Assembly: GCA_964016885.1 (NCBI GenBank)
Contig: OZ024741.1
Span: 223,696,001 to 223,760,000, forward strand
Length of the DNA: 64,000 nucleotides
Origin: Eledone cirrhosa
Lineage: Eukaryota
Reading direction: 5' to 3'
Positions 63,941-64,000 of this stretch are shown in pieces. The notes beneath the pieces were generated by a model that worked only from the letters and a program-made list of their open reading frames with translations, was not told the DNA's origin and did no database searches. Numbering within the stretch: position 1 is the stretch's first letter; each line of letters opens with the position of its first letter. A program made the position numbers and the translations under genes.

Positions 63941-64000
63941 GATACACACAATTTAAAAGAAACTCAAAACTGATACAGGGTAGAAATTACCTTTAAGTCC

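Overview
Repeat-dense, AT-rich, non-coding eukaryotic DNA. The SINE and RTE families and the (TA)n load resemble a cephalopod (Octopus-like) genome, but that is inference from recalled repeat families, not a database result. I find no credible host protein-coding exon. The very long ORFs are translations of tandem repeats. Contents: an ~18 kb GGT-rich composite minisatellite (6.9-24.8 kb), three other minisatellite arrays, two decayed 5'-truncated RTE-clade LINEs on + (34.7-37.1 and 51.8-54.8 kb), RTE remnants on - (59.6-63 kb), many tRNA-type SINEs (one family shares the LINE 3' tail), and several MITE/fold-back elements. The most notable signal is a set of short elements with mutually dissimilar sequences. 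Each sits inside (TA)n tracts and carries a minimal type I hammerhead ribozyme motif (31020-31064 -, 31443-31485 +, 54915-54980 +, and a degenerate one at 32091-32127 + with its mirror). Most are fold-backs. In one, the inverted copy begins at the predicted cleavage site. This fits Penelope-like element or retrozyme-like derivatives that target TA microsatellites. All structures were read by eye and nothing was computed.
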